DNA of 64,000 nt from Antechinus flavipes (lineage: Eukaryota). The stretch is from NCBI RefSeq assembly GCF_016432865.1, contig NC_067398.1, forward strand, positions 137,516,001-137,580,000. Reading direction: 5' to 3'. The notes under the pieces are model-generated. The model saw only the letters and a list, made by a program, of their open reading frames with translations, searched no databases and was not told where the DNA came from. Of this stretch, positions 13,148-25,450 are shown in pieces (positions within the stretch are counted from its first letter, which is position 1; each line of letters opens with the position of its first letter). A program made the translations under genes and the position numbers.

Positions 13148-13320
13148 TTTTTAAAATAGTATTTTATTTTTTCCAATTAAATGTAAGGACAATTTTTAAT
13201 ATTTTTTTTAATCTGAGTTCCAAATTTTCTCCCTCTGTCTTTCATCTTCCTACTCCCTAAGATAGCAAGCAATTTGATGATTATATATATGCAATCATGT
13301 AAAACATATTTCCATATATT
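13148..13320 (-). mobile_element. L1 3' end
   Basis: T-rich start, then CCAATTAAATGTAAGGACAATTTTTAA...CTAAGATAGCAAGCAATTTGAT. The same family occurs at ~54890-55040. Confidence 0.75.
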
Positions 13321-13525
13321 ATGGGTGAAATTCCCAAATGTAAAGGGAAAATCCTATTGTGCGTTGTTCTTCTAAAAGTTTTGGAAACCCCTGACTATTT
13401 TCTCCTCTGGAGGCTTGCATGATGATGGTAAAAACCACAAAGTAAAGGCTTAGCATCTGGTCAGATATTTAGCTGTGCTTTATTTTCATGTAAAAAGCCC
13501 ATCATAATCAGAGTCATGGAAATAA

Positions 13526-15120
13526 CACAGTGAAAGCATTGGAACTAAGAGGAGTTGGGAAAGGTTTTCTGTAGAGGGTGGGATTTTAGTTAGGATTTAA
13601 AAGAAGTCAGGGATAATAAACTGGGAAAACATTTTTACAGTCAAAGGTTCTGATAAAGGCCTCATTTCCAAAATATATAGAGAATTGACTCTAATTTATA
13701 AGAAATCAAGCCATTCTCCAATTGATAAATGGTCAAAGAATATGAACAGATAATTCTCAGATGAAGAAATTAAAACTATTTATAAACATATGAAAATATG
13801 CTCCAAATCATTATTAATCAGAGAAATGCAAATTAAGACAACTCTGAGATACCACTACACACCTGTCAGATTGGCTAGAATGACAGGGAAAGATAATGCA
13901 GAATGTTGGAGGGGATGTGGGAAAACAGGGACACTGATACATTGTTGGTGGAATTGTGAACACATCCAGCCATTCTGGAGAGCAATTTGGAACTATGCTC
14001 AAAAAGTTATCAAACTGTGCATACCCTTTGATCCAGCAGTGTTTCTACTGGGTTTATACTGCAAAGAGATACTAAAGAAGGAAAAGGGACCTGTATGTGC
14101 CAAAATGTTTGTGGCAGCCCTGTTTGTAGTGGCTAGAAGCTGGAAAATGATTGGATGCCCATCAATTGGAGAATGGTTGAGTAAATTGTGGTATATGAAC
14201 GTTATGGAATATTATTGTTCTGCAAGGAATGACCAGTGGGATGAATACAGAGAGGACTGGCAAGACTTACATGAACTGATGCTAAGTGAAATGAGCAGAA
14301 CCAGGAGATCATTATATACCTCAACAGCAATACTGTTTGAGGATGTATTCTGATGGAAGTGGTTCTCTTCGATAAAGAGAGCTAATTCAGTTTCAATTGA
14401 TCAAGGATGGACAGAAGCAGCTACACCCAAAGAAAGGACACTGGGAAATGAATATAAACTGCTTGCATTTTTATTTTTCTTCCCAGATTATTTATACCTT
14501 CTGAATCCAAATCTCCCTGTGCAACAAGAGAACTGTTCGATTCTGCACACATCTATTGTATCTAGGATATACTGTAACCTATTTAACATGTAAAGGACTG
14601 CTTGCCATCTGGGGGAGGAATGGAGGGAGGGAGGGGAAAAATTGGAACAGAAGTGAGTGCAAGGGATAATGCTGTAAAAAATTACCCTGGCATGGGTTCT
14701 GTCAATAAAAAATTATTTAAAAAAATAAAAAATAAAAAAAGCCAGGGAGATCCTTAGTTGTAGCAGAGGAAGGAGGCTGGTCCAGGCTTGGGGAAAAGCT
14801 TTGTCTAGAGCTGAGACATGAGGTGTCTTATTGATGTAACAGCTAGGAGGTCAATGCTCCTGTTTTGAAGAGTATATGTTGAGTGATAAAGTATAAAAAA
14901 ACTGGACAGGTAGGAGAAGGCTAGGTTATGAAAAGATTCAAATGGCAAGGAGAATACTTTAAGTTTGCTCCTGAAGGCAATAAGAAGCTACTGGAATGTA
15001 CAGTAGTGTGGTGATATGGTCAGACCTTCATTTTAGGAAAATTACTTTAGGGGCTGAATGGAAAATGGATTGAAGTGGGAAGAGACTAAGGCAAACACAT
15101 CAAAAGGCTATTGTAATAAT
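13526..15120 (-). mobile_element. L2 fragment split by an L1 insertion (left part 13526-13613, right part 14741-15120)
   Basis: Purine-rich L2 antisense sequence reads through from ..GGATTTAAAAGAAGTCAGGGA to GATCCTTAG..CCTGAAGGCAATAAGAAGCTACTGGA. Confidence 0.7.
13615..14740 (+). mobile_element. 5'-truncated young L1: ORF2 C-terminus (ORF 13790..14353), 3' UTR and A-tail, with a 15-bp TSD
   Basis: The protein matches the L1 ORF2p C-terminal Cys-rich region (SLLIREMQIKTTLRYH, CWRGCGKTGTLIHCWW, CPSIGEWL, YYCS). AATAAA plus an A-tail. TSD AAAAGAAGTCAGGGA (13599-13613) versus AAAAAAAGCCAGGGA (14734-14748). A premature TAA lies upstream of the ORF. Confidence 0.97.
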
Positions 15121-15244
15121 CCAGACTACTATTAGTAGTAGTAATAGTAATATAAAGATGGGGTTGAAACTCCTTTTAACTCTGATTGTTTAACTTTGTG
15201 AAAATATGGTTCAGTTAAGAAAATTATGAAAGTACCGTAGACCA

Positions 15245-15355
15245 AGTACAAAAAATGGAGAAGGAAATGGCAAACCATTCTATTTTCTTTGCCAAGAATA
15301 TCCGAAATGGAGTCATGGAGATTTGGACACAATTGAAATAATTCAACAATAACAA
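15245..15355 (+). mobile_element. Mar1/RTE-tail SINE 3' fragment
   Basis: GGAGAAGGAAATGGCAAACCATTC...TTTGCCAAGAA...ATGGAGTCATGGAG. Confidence 0.8.
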
Positions 15356-17199
15356 AAGTGTGGGAAAAGCCTTCAAATTAAAACGACTAGAATGAAGTTG
15401 CCCAAGACTTATATTTCAATAAACTGAATAAGCTTGACTATACCACAAGAATTGTCTACAGATTATCAAGGGAGTAGAGAAGGGAGATATCCCCTAAATT
15501 GAAGTGAGTATGGAGTTTCCTGAGAAGGAAATGATAAAAGGGAAAAATGAGGCCATAACCAAGTTGGTATCTTTCACTCCACCATCCTCTTTTGACAAAA
15601 GGAATACATTCCAGCCTTGAAGGATGTAGAGAATATTGAACCTTATATATTTCCATTGTATTATACTCTCTAGAAACAGCAGATGCTTCCATCTTTTCAT
15701 TACTGTCCTAAATAGCATCTTGAGATCAGCTAGAGACAATGTCAGCTTCTCTAGGAGCCAAAGACATACTCACTTCACAGCTCTACAAGGACTCCAATAG
15801 ACCATCCCATGCTTTAGAGAAACTTCATGAAAAAAGATGGGGGAAAGAACCAGAAGCCAGGAACTGAGTTAACTTTTGGCAACAAGGCTTTCTAACTTAA
15901 CGTCTATTTCCCCTTATAATTTATATGTACTGGTAGGAAGAATGTGACATAGACATTTGGCAGGTAGAAGATATTTGTACCAACTGTTCTTATTCTTTCC
16001 CCTTATTACATATTTATTTTATTTAAAACAACAACAATAACAAAAACCCAAACTGACTAAATAATTCACAATTATTAACTTTGAGGCATTGGAGTATGAT
16101 GGTAGGGACCCGAGTCAATTGGATTAGAGAATTTCCCCCAGACTCTTAGAGATATTCATAATATCCCAGGGGGAAGATAGTGCCCAAGTTCTGTGGTAGA
16201 AATGAGAGTGGGGATAAAGATACCTCAGATCATATTTAGGCTAGAGTAACAATAGTAGTAATTATGATGATGATGATGATGGATGACATTTATATTGTCC
16301 TTTATGACTGTAATAAATTTTCACTTTCATTATTTCATTCAATTTCATTATCTTATGATTCACAAATGCTTAGGTCATGTTTTTTAAAGTTTTCTTAAAG
16401 TTTCTACCTAATGTAGGACTTAACAAATATAGATAGTTGGGACCTGTTATCAACCTTAACTCATACATGAGAACTCAGAATGGTTCTTTTATTGTGTCTC
16501 ACTGGAGAAAAATAGTGCCAGATGATTTGGGAGTTACACTTTTTATATTATTTTATTTAATTAATTTGGGAATGCAGCTCTGAATTTAAGGCATTCTGAT
16601 ACAGACTTACCATTCTATTTAGACCTAAGTAGAGAAAAAGATTGTGTAGAACAGTGGAGAGAATATTGGATATAGTATCACTATTACCAAAGTGTCTACC
16701 TATAAGTATGTAGTGAAGTGAAAATCTCAGGCCAATGTCAGAATAATTAAAGCAAAAATTGTATTGTAGGGAGGAGATAGAGGTGTGAAAAAGCTTTTAG
16801 TCCTGAATTATCAAATTAATTGTCACAAATCTCTATTTTACCAATAAAGAATCTAATGTAGAGAATTGTTAAGACATTTGTCTATTGTCACACAGAGAAT
16901 GAGCACAGATATGACGTACTTAGAGCAGAAGTCTTGATATCTGGGCTTGTTGGCCATAGGGAATGCTCTATAGGGCATGAAAGGAGTCCTAGATCCTTAA
17001 ATAGCCCATTTGGAGGAACGTTAGAACAATAGTTTCAAAGACAGTCCTGACTTGGAGAGAGGGATTCCTCAATGGATCTGAGGAAGAAATGTTACTTGAA
17101 AAGCTGGAAAAAATTCATGTCCTGACCTTACTAGCTCTGCTTTTGAAATTCGTAAGAATTAAGGGAAGGATGGCTCATAAACTAATCATCAGTAAACAT

Positions 17200-17450
17200 A
17201 AATGCTCCAATATATCCAGGTAGGAACTGGACCTATGATTTCACTAGTATAAAGACCTCCCTGAAAAGGAAACTTCCTGTACCAATGCAGGTCACCACCT
17301 TTTCTAAAATTTATAGTCTTAGTGAATTGCCTAGAATCACTGAAAATTTAAGGTTTATATGGCCAGTATGTCAGAGGCAAGAGTTAGTTACATTGTCATC
17401 TCCCTAACTTCCAGATCAGATCACCTCTCTATCCACCATACTACACTGTC
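17200..17450 (-). mobile_element. Marsupial MIR3/WALLSI-like SINE
   Basis: GGAAACTTCCTGTACCAATGCAGGTCACCACC..TTATAGTCTTAG..GTATGTCAGAGGC..TCTATCCACCATAC. Confidence 0.6.
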
Positions 17451-17834
17451 TCCATTATAGAAAGCACACAAAAGAGGATCATATATGAAACTGTGAACTT
17501 CCATGGGGATAAAATGACTTCAAATACCTGTCATGGTATTGTTGCAACTCAAATGAGTTGGTATAAGTAAAAAAAAAACTATTTCCAAAAGGATTATTTT
17601 TTTGATGGAGAAGGAAGAAAATAATTTTTAAAAATTATTATGGACTTGAGTAAGAGCCAAATTAAAGATATCATATTATAGAGGCTAGAGAGCTATCAGT
17701 GGAGCTATTCCTAGCTCCTAAATGCAAGCCTGACTTCTGATCCAATCAGTGCTCTAGGTGAGAGGTATCAAACACTTGTCCCTCTTTCATTCTCCAAGGA
17801 CATCAGAATCAGATTAAAATGTGAGACTTGTTTA

Positions 17835-18240
17835 TTTGTTTGTTTATTTCTTTGTTTATTCAGACTCCCCCCCCACAAAAAAGACATATGCATAGATAAT
17901 TTTTAACACTCACCCTTGCATAACCTTGTGTTCCAAATTTTTTCCTTTTCCTTCCCGTCATCCCCCTCCTCTAGACCTCAAGTAATCCAGTATATGTTAA
18001 ACATGTTAAAATATATGTTAAATCCAATATATGTATACATATTTATACAATTATCTTACTGCACAAGAAATATCAGATCAAGAAAGAAAAAAATGAGAAG
18101 GAAAACAAAATGCAAGCAAACAACAACAAAAATGTTGTGGTCCACATTCAGTTCCCACAGTCCCTCTCTCTGGATGCAAATGGCTCTCTTCATCATAAAA
18201 TTATTGGAACTGGCCTGATTGAGGCCATTGTTGAGAAAAA
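17835..18240 (-). mobile_element. L1 3' UTR fragment
   Basis: T-rich tail, CACCCTTGCATAACCTTGTGTTCCAAATTT, CCACATTCAGTTCCCACAGTCCCTCTCTCTGGATGC. Homologous to 29170-29540. Confidence 0.9.
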
Positions 18241-19049
18241 GTTTGTAATCTCATTGTTGAGAAAAGCCATGAATTGGGACATATTTAACAAAAAAAGTAA
18301 AAATCCAAATAAAATATAGATGTATTTTAAAACTAAGTCAATATGCAGCCTATGGAAATCTTTATGTATAGATCAGGGGCCCCTTTTCCTTTTTGAGTTT
18401 GATACCTTTTTTCTAGGCAACGCTATCAGTCAATCAACAAATAGCTATTAAGTGCCTACTATGTGTGAGGCACTCAGTACAGTGCCAGAAAGAATTTGGT
18501 TTACATTAGGGAAGTACTTTCCTCGTATTGGAGTTCCCTATGCCAAATTAATCACGTATCCAGGTCCTAAACTAGTATGAACTTAGCAAACACAAGCATT
18601 TCTATATGCAAAGAACAGAAAAAGAGGACTCATCCGAAACGACAAACTTCTATATCATAATTTATTTTTAAATGGTATATTAAATTTAATTTTATGGTGT
18701 TACGCCTGCTTGTCTGTGTCCCTTTCTGAACTTCCTTCTGCTCTCTTCTGGGTATAAAGGGATTGTTTCTTCATCTGTTGGGGAATACAAGGAAGGTAGA
18801 CTGAAGTTTCTCACATCTCTGTTTAATTCAATTGTAAAAACTTCCTAAGGGGAAGGGAAGATTGTTGTTCTTCCTCATCCTTCCTAGCCTCCTAAGAAAT
18901 AGAACTCTGCAAACATTCAGGTGTCAAGGCCCATAACTCTTTTCTGAAATTCCTCAAGGTGCATTCATTTCATTTCCTCCTTCCCTCTGATCACAGGCAA
19001 CGGAGGGAATTCTCTCAATGCAGGGATTCCACCTCAGTCTTTTCTGGAG

Positions 19050-19520
19050 TGAAAGGGGGGTGATCTTGTTAGATTACCGACTGTTTTCAGCAGCTGACCC
19101 AGACGACATCATCACTTCCTGATTATATTGATATGTGTTTCTATTATTTGCTTATTTGCGCCTTGAGGAACAATTCCTTTTTGTTGTTTTACTGTAAACA
19201 GCATTGCAAGGCCTTGGATTAAATCATAATGGTTTACCATGCTGTTCACGCACCTTTGTCCCCAGAGAATGTGGTGACGTGAATTTACAGGAACATCAGG
19301 GTATTTCTCACCAACAGTTTCCTGTTATTGATATACTTTTGTTTAGTTGTGATCTTTATTTTTTTTTTACCCTTTCAGTTTCTCAAGGGAAAAATAAACA
19401 GGGGCATGACCGTTATCACAGTCCTGGGCTGTCACAGGGGAACTTGGCAAATGTCCTTCTAACTTGGAACTGCACCACTCAATGCAAAACTGCATTGGTC
19501 TGGCTATTGTTTATTGGAAA
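19050..19520. promoter_or_regulatory. Unique, CpG-retaining, motif-dense segment; candidate conserved enhancer
   Basis: No repeat signature. About 6 CpGs in ~370 bp of a CpG-poor window. E-box CAGCTG, ETS ACTTCCTG, SOX AACAAT, forkhead TGTAAACA (19193-19200), TTAAATCATAA and a CRE-like GTGACGTG. Confidence 0.45.
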
Positions 19521-19696
19521 TTGGCTTTCTTATTTCTATAACATACTTCAAATATATCTATCATTACATTTGCACATATTTTAATCTTGTATTTTTCAAT
19601 ATATAGAAAATATATGTAGCAGATAGATATATATCTACATGTAACATCCCACTTGATTTTCCCAACACTCCCGCAGGCTAGGTATTCTTATCATTG

Positions 19697-19876
19697 GAAA
19701 CTTTTAAAAGAAAAGACATGTCTTGGTGGCTTAGGAACGCTAGCCTATGTATTTTTTTTTCTGAAACTATGTTCAGTAATGAAACTCCATCACAAGTAAC
19801 CCTATTCGAGTAAAAAGTTTCAGTGGTTTAAGACAAATTTAAAGGAAAACACAGATAAAAGTAAGCTTTTAGATAT
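19697..19876 (+). repeat. Copy 1 of a ~175-bp dispersed direct repeat (copy 2 at 22306-22479)
   Basis: Co-linear GAAACTTTTAAAAGAA.AGACATGTCTTGGT.GCTTA.GAA ... AAAAAGTTTCAGTGGTTT.AGACA.ATT.AAAGGAAAACACAGAT; roughly 80% identical by eye. Confidence 0.92.
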
Positions 19877-20419
19877 AGATATAGATATAGACAGATATTA
19901 TGCTTCTATGCTATATTATAGTTATGCTAGTTTTGTGCTATAAGTTACATATGCATATTATATATACTGAGGCAGGCAAAAGTTAAATGACTTGTTTGGG
20001 TCACATATCTAGTGATTGAGGCAGGATTTGAACATAGGACTCCCTTATACACGGTTCAGTGTTCTATTCACAATATCAACAACTGCCTCTCTATATGTTT
20101 AGATAGAACTGCATGAATAAAAAAGTACAATGTTTATTTTATATTTATTTAAGCTTTATTAATGCCTTTTGTTTTTATATCACTTTTACTTTGTGATATG
20201 AAAAGCAGGGTAATATAGTAGGGAAAATACTAGATTTAGAATGAAAGGACTTAGATTCACTAATTCCCTTCTCTAACACTTATTGGCGTGAGCTTGGACA
20301 AATCATTTTTCTCTCTGAGTTAACTTTTCTCAACTGTAAAATGAGTGTTGAGTCTGATGTCTTCTGAAGTCCCTCTAGTTCTAAATCTTTATTCCTATAA
20401 TCATTTCTATGTAGGAAAC

Positions 20420-21000
20420 TTCTCCCAGTAAGCATTTCCTTGTAATGGAATATTTTGGTTATATATACATATATATATATATATTATAAAAACAAACCAC
20501 AGTTCAGCAAAATCAACCAACAAATTCCAATGCTGATAGCCTAGGAAATATTCCGTATCTACAAATCCCTGCCTCTTCAATGAAAAGTCAAATTCATTTT
20601 TCTTATTCTTCTCTGGGCCAAACTTGGTCCATTTAATTATTCAATATTCATCTTTACTTCATTATGTCCATTTATGCTTGTGTTAGTGTGAATATTCTTT
20701 TCCTGGTTCTGTTTATTTCACTTGCATCCATTTATGGAAGTCTTCCCATGACTCTCTAAATTCTTCATTTCTTCATTATTTCTTATAGCAAAATAATACT
20801 TCATTAAATTAATAAATGACAATTTGTTTAGCCATTCTTTAACTCATTAGAACCTATTTTCTTCTACTTCTTTACTATTACAAAAAGGAATACTGTGAAT
20901 ATTTCAGTGTACTGGAGACCTTTTTTTCTTTCTATCTTTGCCTCCTTCAGGGTATATACTTAACAATGAGATCATCAAATATACTTTAACAGTGTTTTTT
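20420..21000 (-). mobile_element. Old L1 3' region
   Basis: TTCCTGGTTCTGTTTATTTCACTTGCATC, ATTTCTTATAGCAAAATAATAC, AATTTGTTTAGCCATTC and GGGTATATACTTAACAATGAG are typical L1 antisense motifs. Confidence 0.85.
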
Positions 21001-21299
21001 CGGGGTCTGCTTTTCTTTTGTAAGAAATTTTTATTTCTTCAAAATATAATCAAGTATCCATTCTTCTTAAAAACAAATGAATATAAGTTTCTTCAAATCA
21101 CTTTATCAATAGCATTCTCTATTAAACATAAACCAAAGACTAACAACTACAAATTTGGTTTCTAGGATGAAAATTGTTTGGCTAAAATCATAATTTTGGT
21201 AAAAAGAATTATTATTTGGAGGGCTTTATATCGACTTTTAGGAGTGGAATTTGCATGAATGCTTTCCCCTCAGTGAGATTTTCCTTTATAACACTTCAA

Positions 21300-21695
21300 A
21301 TGCAAAGGAGGCAACCTTCAAAGAAAGGGATTCTTTCACTTTAGCTTACCAACTAGACTGCTTTTCCTCAAAATTGAGATTAAAGATAAGTAATTTGACA
21401 CTACAGTTAGATTCCTGTAATTTAAAAGTAAATAAGAACTTCAAAAGAAGATTTCAGATGCCACTCTGCCCAGGTAAACCTCAAAACAATGGGCCTACTG
21501 TTCCCCTCACGAACCATGCCTGGGGTAACAAATAAGTCACTAGGTCAACCTACCTGGGGCTGAGAGTTTCTCTCTCTGTGAAAGCCCTTTCTTTTAAGTG
21601 TCAACTTTACAATAAACCTGGATCCACATCTGAGTCTTTAAATGCACTTAAAGAAGCCCATTGTTTCTTTAAAAAAAAAAAAAAGGATCTTATCA
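21300..21695 (+). mobile_element. Possible degraded LTR
   Basis: LTR-like layout with AATAAACCTG...TGAGTC near the 3' end. No TSD or termini could be confirmed. Confidence 0.3.
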
Positions 21696-22305
21696 ACAAC
21701 TTTGCAGAAGGCCCTATTAATTCAATTAGGTGCTAAGAACAACTGAAAGGTCCAATGCCTGAGCCAGGAGAGGTTTGGTCCTTCCTTAGTCTCCCCTTCA
21801 GTTCCTTCACATTGGTTGGTCCCTCACACTCACCCAAGTGGGATGGTTACTAAACAGACACGCTAGAACTTAATGTTTCTCAGTATTCTCTTACCTCAAA
21901 GTTGAGAACAACAAAAGCTCTTTAATGACTCTTCCCCTCCTCCCCCAATTTTTTTATCGCCCTTCTTTGGGATGTTGGAATCCTGAGTCACACATAAGCA
22001 CCCCCCCCTCCAAGCTCTTCTGCTGGCTTGGGTGTGAGAGGTGAGGGGAAGCTGAAGAATTGATTCTCTAAATCTGTAGGAAGCTCTGGAGTTGTCAAAT
22101 AATTAGAGAACAGTAGACTCCAGCTGGGGCAGTACTTTTCAACCTTTTATAGATGAGAACACTAGTCCAAAGCACTATTAAAACACTCTTCCAAGACCAC
22201 ACAGTGTAAAAGCTCTTCCAAGACCACACAGTGAGCTAGTCAGGGCAGAGGCACTGATCATTACGTCAGACCTTCAAAATCATTGCACACTGAAACCATG
22301 CATCA

Positions 22306-22479
22306 GAAACTTTTAAAAGAACAGACATGTCTTGGTCGCTTAAGAATTCTAGTCTATGTATTGTTTTTCCGAAACTGTTCAGTGATGAAACTCCATGCAA
22401 AAGTAATCCTATTTGAATAAAAAGTTTCAGTGGTTTGAGACAGATTCAAAGGAAAACACAGATCTAAGCATTTAGATAT
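22306..22479 (+). repeat. Copy 2 of the ~175-bp dispersed direct repeat
   Basis: See 19697-19876; offset ~2.61 kb. Confidence 0.92.
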
Positions 22480-24290
22480 GTATTCAGGAACTTTTATGCC
22501 TTCTCTCCATTTAGTGGGACAGCTATATATTAAGTGACAACAGATCTCTGGAACTTAAGGAGTAAAAGCAGTTCCTGCCCTTGTGATGCTTGCAATATAA
22601 GAGGGTGGGGGAGGAGATAATGCAAATCAGTATGGGTAAAATGTATTATCCACAAAGGAGAAGTCCAGACTAAGTATTCTAAGAAAAGTGAACTTTGACT
22701 CAATTCTCTTTCTAAACCATACCATCCCAAATAACGAAGAAATACCTTTCCTTTAGTATCATAGTAAAATGAAAAGACTAGTTCTGAGATCAGAAGATCT
22801 GGGTTCAAATTCTGTCTATATTTGGTCTCAGTTTCCTCATCTATAAAAGTTAGGAGTTAGTCTAGGTGATTTCTGGGCTTTTTTTCTAATTCCAGATCTA
22901 TGCTCTTAAGAGTCTATGAGAGAACGAATTCTAGACTGTGGCCAGAAATTACTTTGTTACTTGCTTCCAAGTTAACATAACAAAACATTTGCCAAGGGAT
23001 CCATCAAATACAAAGTTACCAATTGTATGTGATCTCTGATTCTGCTCCCAAGCAACTCATACCGGGGTTGGCCCTGACTCTTTTGTGGGTTTGTGTGGCT
23101 ATTGTGACACACAAGTCATGCAGTGCCACACACAGAGCCATAAATCTTGCTGAACACGGACACAGAGGTTTTGCTTGCAAGATCTAAATTTGAATTTGCC
23201 ATTATTGCCTCCAATTGACCTTTTGTAGCTGTACCTGCCTAGTAATTCTTAAAATTCGAGTCTTCAATATGTGTGTTGTAGTTAAAGACGAAATCTCTAT
23301 GATAGTGACAGATGAACCATAATTAATTATATTTTGGTTTAGTTGTCTGTTCATAAGGCTATTTAAAAAACTATTATGGCATCTTTCTTGATTAGGATTC
23401 TTAAAACATAAAAGTATATTTTTAAAGTGATTCCCCAGTGGAAAATCTATGATTTGTAGAATGCAAAAATATTTCATGTTGGACTAGATTAAATTAAGGC
23501 AAAAACTTTACTTAATCTTCAGAATTAGAATAATATTAATAATAATGCTAAGGTTTACATATGGCTTAAAAAGTTAAATAGAAGAGCAATCTATAAATTT
23601 ACTAATTGGTCTTCCCTCTTTACAAACAGATAGAAAATTTTTTAAGCTAAAAGATAATGTTTATATATCTTTTCAATAAGATGTCTTTTATAAATCATTG
23701 TTACAGTGTATCATCAATCTTTTAAAATGTTATTTTGTATTTATGAATTAATACATCATAAATTCCACTTACCCATCTTCTCCCTTAACCTCTCCTCCCC
23801 AATCCATGTAAAACTCTTAAGGGAAAGAATTATTTGTTAATTTAATACAGTTCCTAGCTCATAGTGGGTGCTTAATAAATGTTTGCAAAAATCAAATAAA
23901 AGTCTCCTAATTCTTTCTGTTTTGAAGTCTTTAATAAATATAGAAATCAAGAATTGCAAATGAAAACAATTGTCTACATCCTGAAAGAAATAATTAAGCT
24001 TTCTTGAAAAACTACTTAAACTGTCAAGTAGCTCTTTCCTGGTTGACGGATGGGTTCAAAGGTTTCCCCTGAATTCTTTATGCATATACAGTTGGATTGC
24101 TAGTACTACCCACCAAGAGCATTGACTCCTTCACAGAAGGAAAACTTTCTATATGTAAATGTGATAAGCAAAATTAGAAAATGTGGTCTAAAATCAAAAT
24201 AATAGTATGTGATAACCATTTTACCTTCTGAGTTGCTTTTATTAAAGAAGCTAAACATTAAGCTTAAAAATTAAATGCAAATTAAATGCA

Positions 24291-24408
24291 GTCAGCTACT
24301 TGATGTAGCCCTGAAGTCAGGAGGATCCGAGTTCAAATCTGACCTCAGACATTTAACACTTCCTGGCTGTGTGACCCTGGGCAAGTCACTTAACTTGCCT
24401 CAAAAAAG
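24291..24408 (+). mobile_element. WSINE1-type SINE with a 14-bp TSD
   Basis: GCCCTGAAGTCAGGAGGATCCGAGTTCAAATC...ACATTTAACACTTCCTGGCTGTGTGACCCTGGGCAAGTCACTTAAC. AAAAATTAAATGCA occurs at 24266-24279 and 24409-24422. Confidence 0.93.
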
Positions 24409-24661
24409 AAAAATTAAATGCACAAAGGTCAGGAAATGCACAGACTTTTATTTTTCTTTGGCAAGTGCTCGCCCAAAGAGAAATGAGAGTGAGCTGAGAG
24501 ACTGATCAATTAGATTGTTCTAGAGGACAGAGCTCAAATATCTTTGTGCCCTACATAGCAGCCAACATACTGTAGGTGTTCAAAAAACACTTTCTGATAA
24601 AGAGAAGAAGGAGATGTTAGCTTTGTTTTTCTTAACACCTACTTAGGGAATTGTTTCTTTG

Positions 24662-24935
24662 TTTATTGTTTAGTTGTTTCAATTGTGTCCTACCCTTAAA
24701 ATCCCATTTGGGTTTTTTTTTTCATTTTGGGGTTTGTTTTGGGGGGGTTCTTTTTGACAAAAATACTGGAGTGGTTTACCATTTCCTTCTCCAGCTCTGA
24801 AACTGAGAAAACTGAGGGAAACAGATTTGAGTAATTTACCTAAAATCACATCTCTAGTGTCTGAGGCTAGATTTAAACTCATGAAGATGAGTCTTACAGA
24901 TTCCAAGCCCAGTGCTCTATTCACTTGTCACCTAT
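24662..24935 (-). mobile_element. Mar1-type SINE
   Basis: AATACTGGAGTGGTTTACCATTTCCTTCTCCAGCTC...GTGTCTGAGGCTAGATTTAAACTCATGAAGATGAGTC. Confidence 0.9.
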
Positions 24936-25259
24936 TCATGGGTAGTAACTGTGCTGGGATATTGTATCCCTACTTGGAGTCCAATGCCCTTTTTATTAGG
25001 TAGAGATATATTTATAACCTATAGTCCAGAAGTATTATCATGATTTTATATAGTTGTAGTAATATTACCATGTATGTCAAAGAGACTAACTCATAGGATT
25101 AGCACAGAGTAAAAATGGCTCATTTTTATAGTCCTCTGAATGTTTCCCTCACAACCAATGGTATAAATATCATTAGGTACCCCTTAGCAAATAGGAACTA
25201 GCTATCTTTGTCTTAACTGTCAGGCTAGGGAAGATGTAGATCAAATAATACTCCACTTC

Positions 25260-25450
25260 TGGACACATCGAGGAGATGACATCAGAAAGGCTAAAGCTTT
25301 CCCTGGACTACTTCCAGAGATAGTGAGCTTTCCCTTATAAGAGGTCTCCAAATGAAGGCAGGTCACCCACATTTCAGTTATGTTGTAGAGAAGATTCTTG
25401 ATTAGGTTGACCTGGATGGCCACTGAATCCTTTCCAGTACTGAAACATCT
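25260..25450 (+). mobile_element. L3/CR1 3' terminal fragment
   Basis: GAGGTCTCCAAATGAAGGCAGG...GTTGTAGAGAAGATTC..GGTTGACCTGGATGGCCACTGAATCCTTTCCAG. Confidence 0.7.
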
